Counted from the stretch's first letter, positions 8,754-19,258 are shown. The stretch: DNA of 51,189 nucleotides from Lentisphaerales bacterium (GCA_032123355.1 JAQBFM010000060.1:1-51189); one strand, 5' to 3'. Translations and numbers: made by a program. The notes: generated by a model not told the origin, from the sequence alone.

Positions 8754-10697
8754 ATGCTGCTTACGGGGAGGCGAGATAGCGAAATGAGAGACAAGATGGT
8801 TGTGCCAAGCGTATTCCTCGCCGGTGTTGTCCTGATAGTGGGCATAAGCCTTATTGCGGCCATGGGCGCTCCCGAGGATGTAGTTGATGTGTCGGAGCCG
8901 CCCGCTGTTGTTGAAGAGCAGGGCGGCACAGCCCCCCCGCGGATCGTAACGGCGACAGAACCTGTTTCTAGTGAAGCACTCGAACCGGCACTGATTCCGG
9001 CGTCCAACGGGAATGGCAAGAATGGTAACGGTGCTGACTTTGGTTCGGTGACGTTGCCGCTTGCCACAGAGGCACTCCCCGATGTAGGGGCGGATGACAC
9101 ACTAGTTCCGGAGTTGCAGAGCGACCTGATCTATCTCAGCCTGGAAGACGTGGAACTCGAGAAAGTCGTGAAGATCTTCACGAGAATTGCGGATGTGAAT
9201 ATCATCACTTCGGGCACCAACCTTCAAGGCACGGTGAGTGTTCATCTTCAGGGCGTGCCGTGGCAGCCGGCGCTGGAGGCAATTTTGGCGGAAAAGGGGC
9301 TGATGCTCCATGACGTGGGCGCTTCGGGCGTCTATACAATCAGGGCAAAGGCTGCCGGCGCTCCGGACCCGCTCTTTATCGAAACGTTCTTCCTCCAATA
9401 TGCTTCGGTGCCAGATGTTATCGAGGCGGTGAAGGCTACGCTGGATGGCCGGGGTCGAATGTCCAGCTACCCGTCGCGGAATGCAATGATTGTCCACAGC
9501 ACGAAAGCCAATCTTTTGCAGATGAAGGACCTGATCACCATAATCGACATTCCTCGCAGACAGGTCTACATAGAGTCCAAGTTCATGGAATTGAACGATG
9601 TCGCAATAAAGAACATGGGCATCAACTGGACCATGCTTCAAGGTTATAGTATTGCTGGCAGTTTCGGTCTCCTGCGGCAGCAGGAAAGCTACGCGGAGAG
9701 CCAAAATAGGGCCGGGACTTTTGGGCAGACGGACGGACGGACATCCGCAGATACGGTGAGCGAGCTGTACGACATAGAAGGAGAGCGGATTTCCCAAACG
9801 CCGGCCAGTACAACAACGTCCGAGGGCGGGGATGCTACTACCACAAGTCCAACGGATATTCCGGTGCGGACAATAAGTGACGATATTGCCAGGGGGCGTG
9901 ACGTTTCGTTCACGATGGGCGAGACGGTCAGTAAGTCGCTTTCGGATGTTCGGACCGCCGTGCTCAGCCCGTTCGACTTCAGCTTGATTCTGAGCGCTTT
10001 AAAGGGCAAGGATGGGATCAGTATCATTTCGAACCCGAAGATCATTGTCGCCAACGGTGAGGAGGCGCTGATTCATATTGGTGAAGTTAGAAGGCCGTTT
10101 GTTGCATCGGTCACTCCCGGCACTGAAGGCTCCGCCCCGACAATTATCTATAACGCGGGCGACGAAGTGAAATTCGGCGTCGAACTGAACGTTACTCCCA
10201 CGGTCAATACGGCAAGCAATATCACGGTGATGATAGAGCCTGTACTTACGCGTTCCGCCGGTTTTGAAACCGCGCCGAGTGGGCAGACGTACCCGATTGT
10301 GTCGCAGAAGAAGATAAAGACACTGTTCCATCTCGAAAGCGGCAGAACTGCTGCCATCGGCGGCCTGACCGAAACGGAGGATGTTGAGGATGTGAAGAAG
10401 GTCCCACTGCTGGGAGACATCCCGCTTATTGGGAAGTATCTGTTCTCACACAAATCTGAGCGGCAGGCACAGCGTGAAACAATCATATTTGTGACGGTTG
10501 GTCTGGCGTCGCCCGAGAACATTACCGACAACACTGGTCTACCCGGGGACTCGGAACTTGTTCACCGGCAGCTTATTCGCAGTATGCAGAGGAAGGAAGA
10601 ATTTCAGCAGGAACTCGCCGCCATGCGGGCGGCGGCCAAGCAGCGCAAGGAAGAAGTCGAGAGGCGGAGAAAGTACCTGCTCAAGCGTGCCCGATAG
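8754..10697 (+). CDS. pilQ: Secretin PilQ/GspD family (start may be ATG 8783)
   Basis: N0 domain (VNIIT..GTVSVHLQGVPWQPALEAIL), RRQVYIESKFME, GVELNVTP, KVPLLGDIPLIG..LF secretin signature. Confidence 0.9.
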   Translation: MLLTGRRDSEMRDKMVVPSVFLAGVVLIVGISLIAAMGAPEDVVDVSEPPAVVEEQGGTAPPRIVTATEPVSSEALEPALIPASNGNGKNGNGADFGSVTLPLATEALPDVGADDTLVPELQSDLIYLSLEDVELEKVVKIFTRIADVNIITSGTNLQGTVSVHLQGVPWQPALEAILAEKGLMLHDVGASGVYTIRAKAAGAPDPLFIETFFLQYASVPDVIEAVKATLDGRGRMSSYPSRNAMIVHSTKANLLQMKDLITIIDIPRRQVYIESKFMELNDVAIKNMGINWTMLQGYSIAGSFGLLRQQESYAESQNRAGTFGQTDGRTSADTVSELYDIEGERISQTPASTTTSEGGDATTTSPTDIPVRTISDDIARGRDVSFTMGETVSKSLSDVRTAVLSPFDFSLILSALKGKDGISIISNPKIIVANGEEALIHIGEVRRPFVASVTPGTEGSAPTIIYNAGDEVKFGVELNVTPTVNTASNITVMIEPVLTRSAGFETAPSGQTYPIVSQKKIKTLFHLESGRTAAIGGLTETEDVEDVKKVPLLGDIPLIGKYLFSHKSERQAQRETIIFVTVGLASPENITDNTGLPGDSELVHRQLIRSMQRKEEFQQELAAMRAAAKQRKEEVERRRKYLLKRAR

Positions 10698-10958
10698 CCC
10701 CTTTGTCACGGGCGCAATGCTGTCGTCGGGCTAGTAGCTTGCCCGCATAGAGCGTCAGCAGGGGCAAGCAAAGAGTGAAAGCTGTTGTGTGCGTATCACG
10801 CCGCGTCTTTCCCGGAACTGATCGAGTCGTCGACGCATTCTTGTGGTGCTTCTCGGGTATCATTTGGACGAAGCCCTGAGCCGGCGGTTGACGAAGAGTC
10901 GGCAGACGAGGCTGGCCGAACGAAAATGCGGCCCCGGAACTGAGTCAGAGGCAGAACA

Positions 10959-12653
10959 ATGAGACCGTTGCCAAGAGCCGTATGGCACTATGTTTTCCTT
11001 CTGATATTCCTCTTCACGATTGCCTCACTGGCCGCATGGACCACGATCGATTACCTGTACCACAACATCACGGATGAAGCCTACAAAGAGGTCCTCGACG
11101 TTGCGAGCTTTAAGGTTTGGGCGTTGACCATGGGCTTCATGTTCATCTCCGGGGCTTTCGGGCTCTGGGCAATTCAATTCTCGGCAGAAGCAGAAAGCCG
11201 ATTCCGTGTTGGTCAGATCGTGGAACAGATGGACTACCTGAATGACGGGCTGATTGTTGTGGACAAGAAGGGCAAAGTGACCGGGGCGAATCCGGCTTCG
11301 AGGCGAATGGCAGAAGTAGATGCTGTCCGTCAAGTGTCGCTTCGCGAAATGTTTCCTATGTTGTCCGAAGGGGACGTGAGTCTCCTTCTGGACCTTGGTG
11401 GGCCAAATGAGTTACAGAAGGAGATGTTCGACGTCGGTGGCAAACGGACGCTGAGATTCAGGTCCCAGACCGAAGGAGGCATCGTGTTGGTGCTCATCAG
11501 CGATGTCACCAAAATGACATTGCGTGAGATGCGAGAGCAGCAGATGGCAAGACTGGAACTGATTGGCAGGATTGCCCGCGGCGTAGCCCACGATTTCACC
11601 ACTATTCTGAGTGGCATATCCGGGCACTCGGCGTTGCTGTCTCGATTGAAGCCCGGGTCTCCTGAAATGAGACGATCTGTTGCAGAAATCGCAAGCGAGG
11701 CCGGGAAAGGGGCGGTACTTGCCAGACATCTTCTGGAATTCAGCCGTTTGAAGTCGGCCGGCAAGTCGACCGCGGCACTTGCGGATCATGTCAGAAGGGC
11801 CAGCAATCTGGCACGCGTGGGCCTCTCGCCGGCCTGGACCATCGAAGTAGTCGCCGATGAAGATTGTCCGCCGATCGCGTTTACAGGCGTCGAAGTGGAA
11901 CAGATGGTACTCAATACCGCATTGGTTGCTACGGACGCTCTGTCGTCGCCCGGCGTGTTGCGGATCGTTTCCGGCAGACCAAGGAAGGACTTCCTTATGG
12001 ATGTTGGGGATGAGTATGCGGCTGTAATTCTCGTGTCCGCCTCAACCGGGACGGGGAGAGATGTAACCATGGATTACAGCAACGAAACAGATTCTGAGGA
12101 CGCCGGAGTGATCCAGTCTGTGGTCAGATCCCTGTTGGAGCAGGCCGGAGGATCGCTGGATGTGTTCTTCGGCTCCGACAGATCACATATTTACAGGATG
12201 GTGCTGCCATACGGTACTGTTGAGTTGGAGGATTCTTCTGGGGAAGCGCTGCCTGACGAATTGCGCTCGTACGTCTCACATTGGCAGGTGCTTCTGGCCA
12301 GGGATACTCGGGAGCACGACTATGTCGAAGAGGAACTCAGGGGAATGAATGTCAGCGTCGAGCGCGTTGATAACGTGATGTCGGCCTTGGCTAGAATTGA
12401 AAAGGGACATGGCCTCCAGTCCATAGTCATAGACAAGAACCTGCTTGGCGATGAATCAGACGGATTGCTCAGAGCGATCATGAAGCTCTGCCCAAAGACC
12501 GGGTTGGTCGTATTGTGCGAAGATCCGGAAATCGAGCCACAGGACATCATGACTGACGTGGTATTCCTGTCGAGAAGAGCAAATCCAGCGAAGATCATCA
12601 AGGGGATGGTGGAAGCCAGGGGGTTGGCGGTTCAACATCAGGGCCGCCAATAA
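10959..12653 (+). CDS. Membrane sensor, histidine-kinase-like with degenerate HATPase and receiver-like domain
   Basis: Two TM helices, PAS-like region, H-box ARGVAHDFTTIL; N-box eroded, no DxGxG or GxGLGL; C-terminal receiver-like fold. Confidence 0.75.
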   Translation: MRPLPRAVWHYVFLLIFLFTIASLAAWTTIDYLYHNITDEAYKEVLDVASFKVWALTMGFMFISGAFGLWAIQFSAEAESRFRVGQIVEQMDYLNDGLIVVDKKGKVTGANPASRRMAEVDAVRQVSLREMFPMLSEGDVSLLLDLGGPNELQKEMFDVGGKRTLRFRSQTEGGIVLVLISDVTKMTLREMREQQMARLELIGRIARGVAHDFTTILSGISGHSALLSRLKPGSPEMRRSVAEIASEAGKGAVLARHLLEFSRLKSAGKSTAALADHVRRASNLARVGLSPAWTIEVVADEDCPPIAFTGVEVEQMVLNTALVATDALSSPGVLRIVSGRPRKDFLMDVGDEYAAVILVSASTGTGRDVTMDYSNETDSEDAGVIQSVVRSLLEQAGGSLDVFFGSDRSHIYRMVLPYGTVELEDSSGEALPDELRSYVSHWQVLLARDTREHDYVEEELRGMNVSVERVDNVMSALARIEKGHGLQSIVIDKNLLGDESDGLLRAIMKLCPKTGLVVLCEDPEIEPQDIMTDVVFLSRRANPAKIIKGMVEARGLAVQHQGRQ

Positions 12654-13485
12654 GCCTGTTGTCTATCAGGCGTGTGCGCCCTATCCTCACTGCGACGGCA
12701 ACGAGTGCCGGACCGCTTATGGCCACGATCGGTTCCAGCGTTGACGGATCGACGACCTCAACGTAGTCCACCTTGACTCCCGGAGTGCGTTTCAGGGCTT
12801 CTTGCATTGCGCTGCTGATCATGCGTGCGTCGGAAGTGCCGCTGCGAATCGCCTGTTCCGCAACTTCGAGTGCCCCGGGAACACAGAGCGCAGCATTCCG
12901 TTCCTCGGTGGACATATACTTGTTTCGTGAACTGAGGGCAAGTCCGTCGGTGTCTCGCACTGTCGGGCACGTTACAATTTCAACAGGGAAACTCAGGTCC
13001 GAAACAAGCTTCCTCACGACAAGAGCCTGTTGGGCGTCCTTCTGACCAAAGAAGGCCCTGTGGGGTAACACAATGTTCAGTAGTTTGGCCACGATTGTCG
13101 TCACTCCGCGGAAATGTCCGGGACGTAGCCGTCCGCACAATTCCCGGGATAGTACTGTTTCCTCGACGAAAGAGCTGTGCCCAATTGGATACATGGCGTC
13201 GTTGGACGGAAAGAAGAAAATGTCAACGCCCGCGTCTTCACAGAGCTGCTTGTCCTTGTCGGAATCGCGTGGATACGCATCCAGGTCTTCGCCGGGCCCG
13301 AATTGCATGGGATTGACGAAGACGCTCACCACCAGAATATCGGCTGTGGCACGAGCTGTATGCACGAGGGAGAGATGGCCGGCGTGGAGACATCCCATTG
13401 TTGGGACCAGGGCGATGGTTTTTGCTTCTTCGCGGAACTTCAGCGATAGCTGCTGCATTGCCGCTGGAGACGTGACGGTCTTCAT
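12598..13485 (-). CDS. panC: Pantoate-beta-alanine ligase
   Basis: PTMGCLHAGHLSL, SVFVNPMQF, RPGHFRGV, FGQKDAQQ, ALSSRNKY, RLIDN. Confidence 0.97.
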   Translation of the reverse strand: MKTVTSPAAMQQLSLKFREEAKTIALVPTMGCLHAGHLSLVHTARATADILVVSVFVNPMQFGPGEDLDAYPRDSDKDKQLCEDAGVDIFFFPSNDAMYPIGHSSFVEETVLSRELCGRLRPGHFRGVTTIVAKLLNIVLPHRAFFGQKDAQQALVVRKLVSDLSFPVEIVTCPTVRDTDGLALSSRNKYMSTEERNAALCVPGALEVAEQAIRSGTSDARMISSAMQEALKRTPGVKVDYVEVVDPSTLEPIVAISGPALVAVAVRIGRTRLIDNRLIGGPDVEPPTPWLPPSP

Positions 13486-15617
13486 CTGCGGGCCAGAATA
13501 CGTTCGCGGACCGCGGCAACAAGATCATCGCCGCCGACAGGTTTTGTCAGCAGGCAGTGCATCCCGTCACCGCTGACAATGGCTTTTACGTCCGAAGATG
13601 GTGCAAACCCCGTGCAGAAGACAACGGCGGGCATCGACCAGCTGCTCTTCTTGCAGTGCTCGCAAATCTCTACGAAAGCAGCCATGCCGTTCATGACCGG
13701 CATACGGAGGTCCATCAGAATAACCGCATGATGTCCCGTCTTGAATGCTTCCACTGCCTCAAGACCATTAGCTGCAAGATCGACTTTTGCGTTCATGAAC
13801 GCAGTTGAGAGTATCATGCTGAATAACCGTCGAATCCCTTCTTCATCGTCAACTATGAGAATGCCGCCGGCGGCACATGGGGTCAGACCGGTTTGTGCGG
13901 CTATCGGCTTCCTCTCCCCTTCAAGTTGGCTCAACGCATACTCGATCTTCTCGAGAGTAAGGGGTTTGGCCAGGTATGTTATCGCGCCCACCGCTTGTGA
14001 TCCGCGTTCTGCCTCACGCGGAGGATAGCCCGATACCATGATGACCTTCTGTTCCGGATGCAACTCAAGAATTCTCTTGCACGCCTCGTTTCCGTCCATG
14101 CCAGGATCCATTATGACATCCATGACCACTATGTCGGGAAGGCGCGCCTCGCGTTGCTTGCTTTGTTCGTTGGTTCCCATTGTGGCACATTCGGCGATGA
14201 ACTGCACTGCCCGCTCTCCCGAAGGTACCGACCAGACCTGAGATCCAAGACGTCCGAAAAGACCGGCGACTATCTCGCGCTGCTGGGCATCATCGTCAAC
14301 CACGAGCACGGACTGAATCCTCTCAGGAGGTATCTTGGCTGGCCCAGCATCAGGTGTCTCTTCCTCATCTCGGCAGATCGGAAAATACAAATGAAACGAT
14401 GTGCCCTTGCCTGGCGCCGTCTCAATGTCTATCAGGCCATCGTGGTCCCTCACAATGCCGTGTACGACGCTCAATCCGAGGCCGGACCCTCTTCTCTTTG
14501 ATGCCCTTCTCGTCGTGAAGAAAGGATCGAATATGTTGTCCCTTATGTTGTCCGGTATGCCGGGACCATTGTCGGATACAGTCAGCCTCACATATTCTCC
14601 GATAGGAATCTTGTTGTAGTAACCCGCCTGCCTGTCAACGTATACATTGCCGGTTCTGACTTCCACGCGCCCCGACTGTTCCACCGCGTCTATCGCATTC
14701 TGGCAGAGGTTCTGAACAACACGTAACATCTGCTCAGCCGCTCCCTTGATTGGCAGCAGGTCCGGCGCCAGATCGGCGGCAAGATCGACATCCGTAAAAG
14801 TGCCGCTTTCGCGAAGCAGCGACACAACCCTGTCGGCAACATCGTTAACGTTGAAGATGTTCTGCGAATGCTGGCCTCGTCTCGACAGATCAAGGAGCTG
14901 TTGGGTGATTCGCAGCATGTCCTCGGAAGTCTTCTCTATCACATCAAGGAGATTCTTGCTGCGACATCCTTCGGGAAGGTCCCTCTTGATTAACTCCGGG
15001 TATGCAAGAAGAGGAGTGAGCAGGTTATTGAAGTCATGAGCGATTTGCCCGGCGATGGTGCCTGCGGTCTCTACGCGCTTTGCCCGCATGATGCTTCTGG
15101 TCACTGAACTGAGAGACTCTTCTGCCTTCTTTCGGCGGCTCACGTCGCGAACAAAGAAGCAGTAGAGCAATTCCTCTCCGTACTTCACGGTCGTTGCTAC
15201 TATCTCCGCCGGAAACATCGTGTCGTCTTTCCTCGGCATGTAGCCTTCGATGCAGACGTGACGCTCGTCGGCCAGCCGCTTGACAATCTTCCCCATGAGT
15301 GATGCGTCCGCGCCCGATATGAGTTGAGGAACCGTAAGCTTCTCCATCTCCGGCTCTGAAAACTGGAGGAGGGAACATGCGCTCTCGTTGGTGTTCGTGA
15401 TGACCCCATCTTCTTGAGCTATCAGGACTCCGTCCAGTATGCAATCTATCAATGGCCTGTACGTTAGGTCCGTCCTGGAGTTGGAAGCAGTCGTCTCGAC
15501 AAGCATCCTGTTGATTTCCTCGCGGCGCACCACGGACGCATCGCGAGTGTCCGGCGTTATGGTGATCACCGCTACACTCGGGGCAGCAGTAATCGAACGT
15601 TCGTGCTTCTTTGCCAT
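13482..15617 (-). CDS. Cytoplasmic hybrid histidine kinase (PAS-HisKA-HATPase-REC-REC)
   Basis: AHDFNNLL, NLCQNAIDA, DNGPG, FDPFFTT, GSGLGL; two receivers (VVDDD..MDVIM..KP; IVDDE..MDLRMP..KP). Confidence 0.92.
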   Translation of the reverse strand: MAKKHERSITAAPSVAVITITPDTRDASVVRREEINRMLVETTASNSRTDLTYRPLIDCILDGVLIAQEDGVITNTNESACSLLQFSEPEMEKLTVPQLISGADASLMGKIVKRLADERHVCIEGYMPRKDDTMFPAEIVATTVKYGEELLYCFFVRDVSRRKKAEESLSSVTRSIMRAKRVETAGTIAGQIAHDFNNLLTPLLAYPELIKRDLPEGCRSKNLLDVIEKTSEDMLRITQQLLDLSRRGQHSQNIFNVNDVADRVVSLLRESGTFTDVDLAADLAPDLLPIKGAAEQMLRVVQNLCQNAIDAVEQSGRVEVRTGNVYVDRQAGYYNKIPIGEYVRLTVSDNGPGIPDNIRDNIFDPFFTTRRASKRRGSGLGLSVVHGIVRDHDGLIDIETAPGKGTSFHLYFPICRDEEETPDAGPAKIPPERIQSVLVVDDDAQQREIVAGLFGRLGSQVWSVPSGERAVQFIAECATMGTNEQSKQREARLPDIVVMDVIMDPGMDGNEACKRILELHPEQKVIMVSGYPPREAERGSQAVGAITYLAKPLTLEKIEYALSQLEGERKPIAAQTGLTPCAAGGILIVDDEEGIRRLFSMILSTAFMNAKVDLAANGLEAVEAFKTGHHAVILMDLRMPVMNGMAAFVEICEHCKKSSWSMPAVVFCTGFAPSSDVKAIVSGDGMHCLLTKPVGGDDLVAAVRERILARR

Positions 15618-15623
15618 GCTCAG

Positions 15624-16688
15624 TTACTCCAGTGACACCAGCATTATCTTCTCTCCGGTCTCGCGCAGAACCGACGTCAGTAGATGTGCTTCATGGCTGA
15701 TGCCGTTGATGTCGATGACCTGTCTTTCAACCTGGGAACCGATGAACGACTCCAGCGAGGTGCCCGTTTCGAGCCTGGTGGCATTGCCAAGGATTTCCCT
15801 GCCGGTCTGGTTGCAGGCCAGCACATTGAGATGTGAATCGATAATAAGTGCCGCAAGATGCATCACCTCAAGTTCATGCAAAACAAGGTCGCGCATACTT
15901 GTTACGAGGCGCACCTTCCGTTCGTGCTCTCGTTGTACCACTTCGAGCTTCTCGTTGATTCTGTGCTGAAACTCCGTCGATATGATGTCGGCGACCTCCC
16001 GGAAGTCGGCCTCTTTCCTGGACAGCGCTCCAATGGCCCCGCTTACGAAATCTCGAAACGTTTTTGTTGTGTAGGACGCGTCATAATTCTCGAGGGTGAA
16101 GACCCTGTTGGCTTCCGAAGCACCCACGTCCCACGTGCTCGGGATTGCATGCTCGGCCCGAACATCTCCCTGTGTGCCTTGCTGGTTCGATGTCGACTTG
16201 CGTCTGCTCGAAACAGGGCGCACATCCTGCGTTTTTGCCCTGTGCTCAACTATCGTTTGTATGCCGGCCTTTGCGAGTAGTTGCTGCAAACCGTGCTTTG
16301 CTATCTCATTGGCATGTGACACCACGAGTTCCACGAGTCTAATGAGATCTTTGGCTGACACTCCGGGATGGATCGAGATGCCGGATATTCCTGCGAGCAG
16401 AAATCGTTCGGACAGCTTTTGAAACAGCGATGACCCCGGTTCCAGAGATAAAGACCCCAGTTGCACATGTCCGTCAATAAAGTAGAGCGGAATCCCCGAG
16501 GTCCCCTCTAAAGCTGCTCCAAAAAGGGGCATGCGCTCCTCCACGGCGTTTCTGAACACCTGGTGGTGGGTATCATATGTCAAGCTGGTGTTGAAGATCA
16601 CACACAAAGCACGAACAGCGCTTACGACTTCTGCTGTCTTCTCCGGCGTGAGCCGGGGAGTCTCGGGCATCTTCTTGGATCTAGGCAT
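15624..16688 (-). CDS. Hypothetical protein with C-terminal degenerate PAS-like region (start uncertain; ORF open to 16742)
   Basis: Long ORF tightly upstream of the hybrid kinase; coiled coil then ALIIDSHLNVLACNQTGREILG PAS-like start. Confidence 0.65.
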   Translation of the reverse strand: MPRSKKMPETPRLTPEKTAEVVSAVRALCVIFNTSLTYDTHHQVFRNAVEERMPLFGAALEGTSGIPLYFIDGHVQLGSLSLEPGSSLFQKLSERFLLAGISGISIHPGVSAKDLIRLVELVVSHANEIAKHGLQQLLAKAGIQTIVEHRAKTQDVRPVSSRRKSTSNQQGTQGDVRAEHAIPSTWDVGASEANRVFTLENYDASYTTKTFRDFVSGAIGALSRKEADFREVADIISTEFQHRINEKLEVVQREHERKVRLVTSMRDLVLHELEVMHLAALIIDSHLNVLACNQTGREILGNATRLETGTSLESFIGSQVERQVIDINGISHEAHLLTSVLRETGEKIMLVSLE

Positions 16689-16879
16689 ACCAATCTCCCG
16701 AGCGGCAGACCTGAAGTAAATCGGGCCCCGTATGCGACACAACCTGATTTAAGTTATCCTATGAAAGGGCAATAAGACAAGTATGTTGTTGCTTTTTCGG
16801 CTCCGGAATCCTATCAACACCACAGCGGAGATACAGCTGCGGCTGTAAGCGCGGAACGCGATGGACAGTACCCGACGAA

Positions 16880-19258
16880 ATGGCTTGTCGAGGCCGACTC
16901 TTGGAAAAGCGGTTGTCACTAATCAGTCGAATATCATATTTGCACATCTTCCTCTTTGCGCTGGTATTGAGGGCAGCCTATTTTCTGCAGGCGTCACACT
17001 GCAATGAACTCTTCGACTACCCTATAGCCGACGCTCACGTTTATGTCAGTTGGGCGCAGCAGATTGCGGCCGGCAACATGGTGTGGTGGGAACCGAGCAA
17101 CTATACGCCGATGTATCCTCTCTACCTCGCGGCGTGGTTCTTTCTCTTCGGACCCAGACCGGAAATCATATTCCTCGCGTTCCACGTCTTGGGCGCCCTG
17201 CAGGCTGTTGCCATTGGGAAGATGGCCGAGATAGTGTGGAGCAGAAGAATCGGCCTTGTGAGCGCTTTCCTGGCGGCATCTTATTGGCCATTCATTCTCT
17301 TCGAAGCGACATTCTACGCCGAGAATTTTGCGGTGCTGACGCTAAGTCTCTGCTTTCTCTGCTTTGCCATCTACACAGATCGCGGTCGCCTGCCGTGGTT
17401 GCTCGGGGCGGGGCTGTTTGTGGGTTTGTCCAGCCTTGTCAGGGCAAACATGCTGGTTTGTCTGCCAGCGATGGCACTGTGGATCATCTGGGATCTGGCG
17501 AGTAAGAGGACCGACTCCGCCGCCATTTCAACAGGCGGTGCTCTCAAAACCGTGGTATACCGTCTGCTCCTGTTTCTTTTGCCGGCGTTGTTGTTGTCTG
17601 TGCCGATAGCAGCTTGGAATTGGCGCATTGCCGGAACGCCCATTCTTCGAACACAAGCCGGCAGCTGTCTTTACATGGGGAACAACCCCGACTACGGGGG
17701 GCTGATTGTGCCGCTTGGGACGGAGTGGAAGAATCTCATTCGTGAACCTTTGTTGGCAGGCAAGACTCTCGTTGCCGAGAAAGAAAAATACTGGATTCAT
17801 AGAACCGTACAGACCATCCGGACAAGACCTGGCGAATGGCTGGTTCTGCAGGCAAAGAAGCTTCTTATGAGCATTGGGGCCTTCGAAATAAGCCAGGAAA
17901 TAGACATCTATCGCTTCAAGAAGATGTCGGGCCTCCTCCGTCTTCCCATCTGGCCCGGCTTTGCCTTCCTTGGGAGCACCGCCGCGGTCGGCCTGCTCTT
18001 GTCATTACTGCAGCGCCAGAGGAAACCGGGATTCCTCACAATATTCGCTGTAGCCTATTTTGTGGCTTTGTTTCCGTTCCAGGTGGCGTCGCGATTCAGA
18101 CTCCCCCTGGTAGTTGCGCTCTTGCCGTTTTCAGGATACTACGTTCTGAGCTTCGTGGAATACCTGCGGGAACGAAATTGCCGGAAGCTGTTCTTGCTCG
18201 TTGCGGCCGGCTTGTTCGCCGCCCTAGTGATAACACCAGACCATACGGAACTTCGTTCCCGGAACGTGGTAAAACATTGGTTCTTTATCGGCATGAAACG
18301 ACATGCTCAGCACGATATGAAGGGCGCAATGAATGCCTTCATTCAGGCCATGGTGGAGGACCCCGACGATCCCGACCCTCTGCTTCCGATGGGCACTATT
18401 AACCTGCGAAGCGGATCCGTCGAAAAGGCCAAGGCGTGTTTTGTGGAGTCGTATTGCCGTGAACCCAGGAACCCGGAGGCGCTGCTGGGGTTGGCGCAAT
18501 GTGCCATCGCGGAGAAGAGACTTGACGATGCATTAGGGCTTGTTAGCGAGGCTTTGCTGCATTGGCCCAATTCCCTGAAAGCCCTTCACATTCTCTATGG
18601 GCTGCATGTTGCTCGGAATGATTGGGAGATGGCTAGGCTTGCACTTGAGCAGATGCATTCTTATGTCAACTGCCCCACCAGCGTCATCTTCCTCCAGGCC
18701 GCTGTGGCAGAAAGGATCGGAGATTACGACGAAGTCATTCGTCTCTACGACGAAATCGTCGAGAAGCCGAGCTCCAGCTCATTCGACCGTGACAAAGCCG
18801 CGTTTTTCGCCGGCGCCACCTGCTGGCGATATCGCCGTGACCGCGGGGCCGCACAGGACAGGTGGAACAGGATTGGACAGCACGGGCGGACATTCTGGGG
18901 TCCAATTGGCGACTACCTGACTCGCAAGTTGCCCGAGAAGCAGATGATCGCCGCGTATTCCGAATCGGACCGGGAGACTGGCGGAGACTACATGACCTAC
19001 GCGCTCGGAATAGTGGCGTGGATGAGAGGGGAAAGTCTCACAGCAGAATCCTGTTTCGATCAGCTCTGTTCTAAGATGTCCGTGGGGCACGGCGAAGACG
19101 CCGAGGAAAACGTTCTAGCTCGGTGGGCCACTTTAGACTTGGCCGTTCTCGGCAGGGAAGAGACAATGAAACAACATCCGTCAAGAGCTCTACTGCCCGA
19201 CGAGTCAGGTAGCGTGGTGGGCCCGGTAGGACTCGAACCTACGACCAACGGATTATGA
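16880..19258 (+). CDS. GT-C fold (ArnT/PMT-like) glycosyltransferase with C-terminal TPR repeats (start uncertain)
   Basis: DA..Y..WA, PMYPLYLA, multiple TM helices, LVRAN, YMGNNP, SRFRLP, then TPR-like helical repeats. Confidence 0.8.
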   Translation: MACRGRLLEKRLSLISRISYLHIFLFALVLRAAYFLQASHCNELFDYPIADAHVYVSWAQQIAAGNMVWWEPSNYTPMYPLYLAAWFFLFGPRPEIIFLAFHVLGALQAVAIGKMAEIVWSRRIGLVSAFLAASYWPFILFEATFYAENFAVLTLSLCFLCFAIYTDRGRLPWLLGAGLFVGLSSLVRANMLVCLPAMALWIIWDLASKRTDSAAISTGGALKTVVYRLLLFLLPALLLSVPIAAWNWRIAGTPILRTQAGSCLYMGNNPDYGGLIVPLGTEWKNLIREPLLAGKTLVAEKEKYWIHRTVQTIRTRPGEWLVLQAKKLLMSIGAFEISQEIDIYRFKKMSGLLRLPIWPGFAFLGSTAAVGLLLSLLQRQRKPGFLTIFAVAYFVALFPFQVASRFRLPLVVALLPFSGYYVLSFVEYLRERNCRKLFLLVAAGLFAALVITPDHTELRSRNVVKHWFFIGMKRHAQHDMKGAMNAFIQAMVEDPDDPDPLLPMGTINLRSGSVEKAKACFVESYCREPRNPEALLGLAQCAIAEKRLDDALGLVSEALLHWPNSLKALHILYGLHVARNDWEMARLALEQMHSYVNCPTSVIFLQAAVAERIGDYDEVIRLYDEIVEKPSSSSFDRDKAAFFAGATCWRYRRDRGAAQDRWNRIGQHGRTFWGPIGDYLTRKLPEKQMIAAYSESDRETGGDYMTYALGIVAWMRGESLTAESCFDQLCSKMSVGHGEDAEENVLARWATLDLAVLGREETMKQHPSRALLPDESGSVVGPVGLEPTTNGL

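Noticed and set aside
12598-12653. 56-bp convergent overlap of panC and the sensor gene
   Set aside because: Both proteins are complete; short tail-to-tail overlaps are common.
16745-16790. AT-rich dif-like candidate (also 47564-47591)
   Set aside because: Neither fits the TAA-N6-TTATG core; both are better explained as promoter regions.
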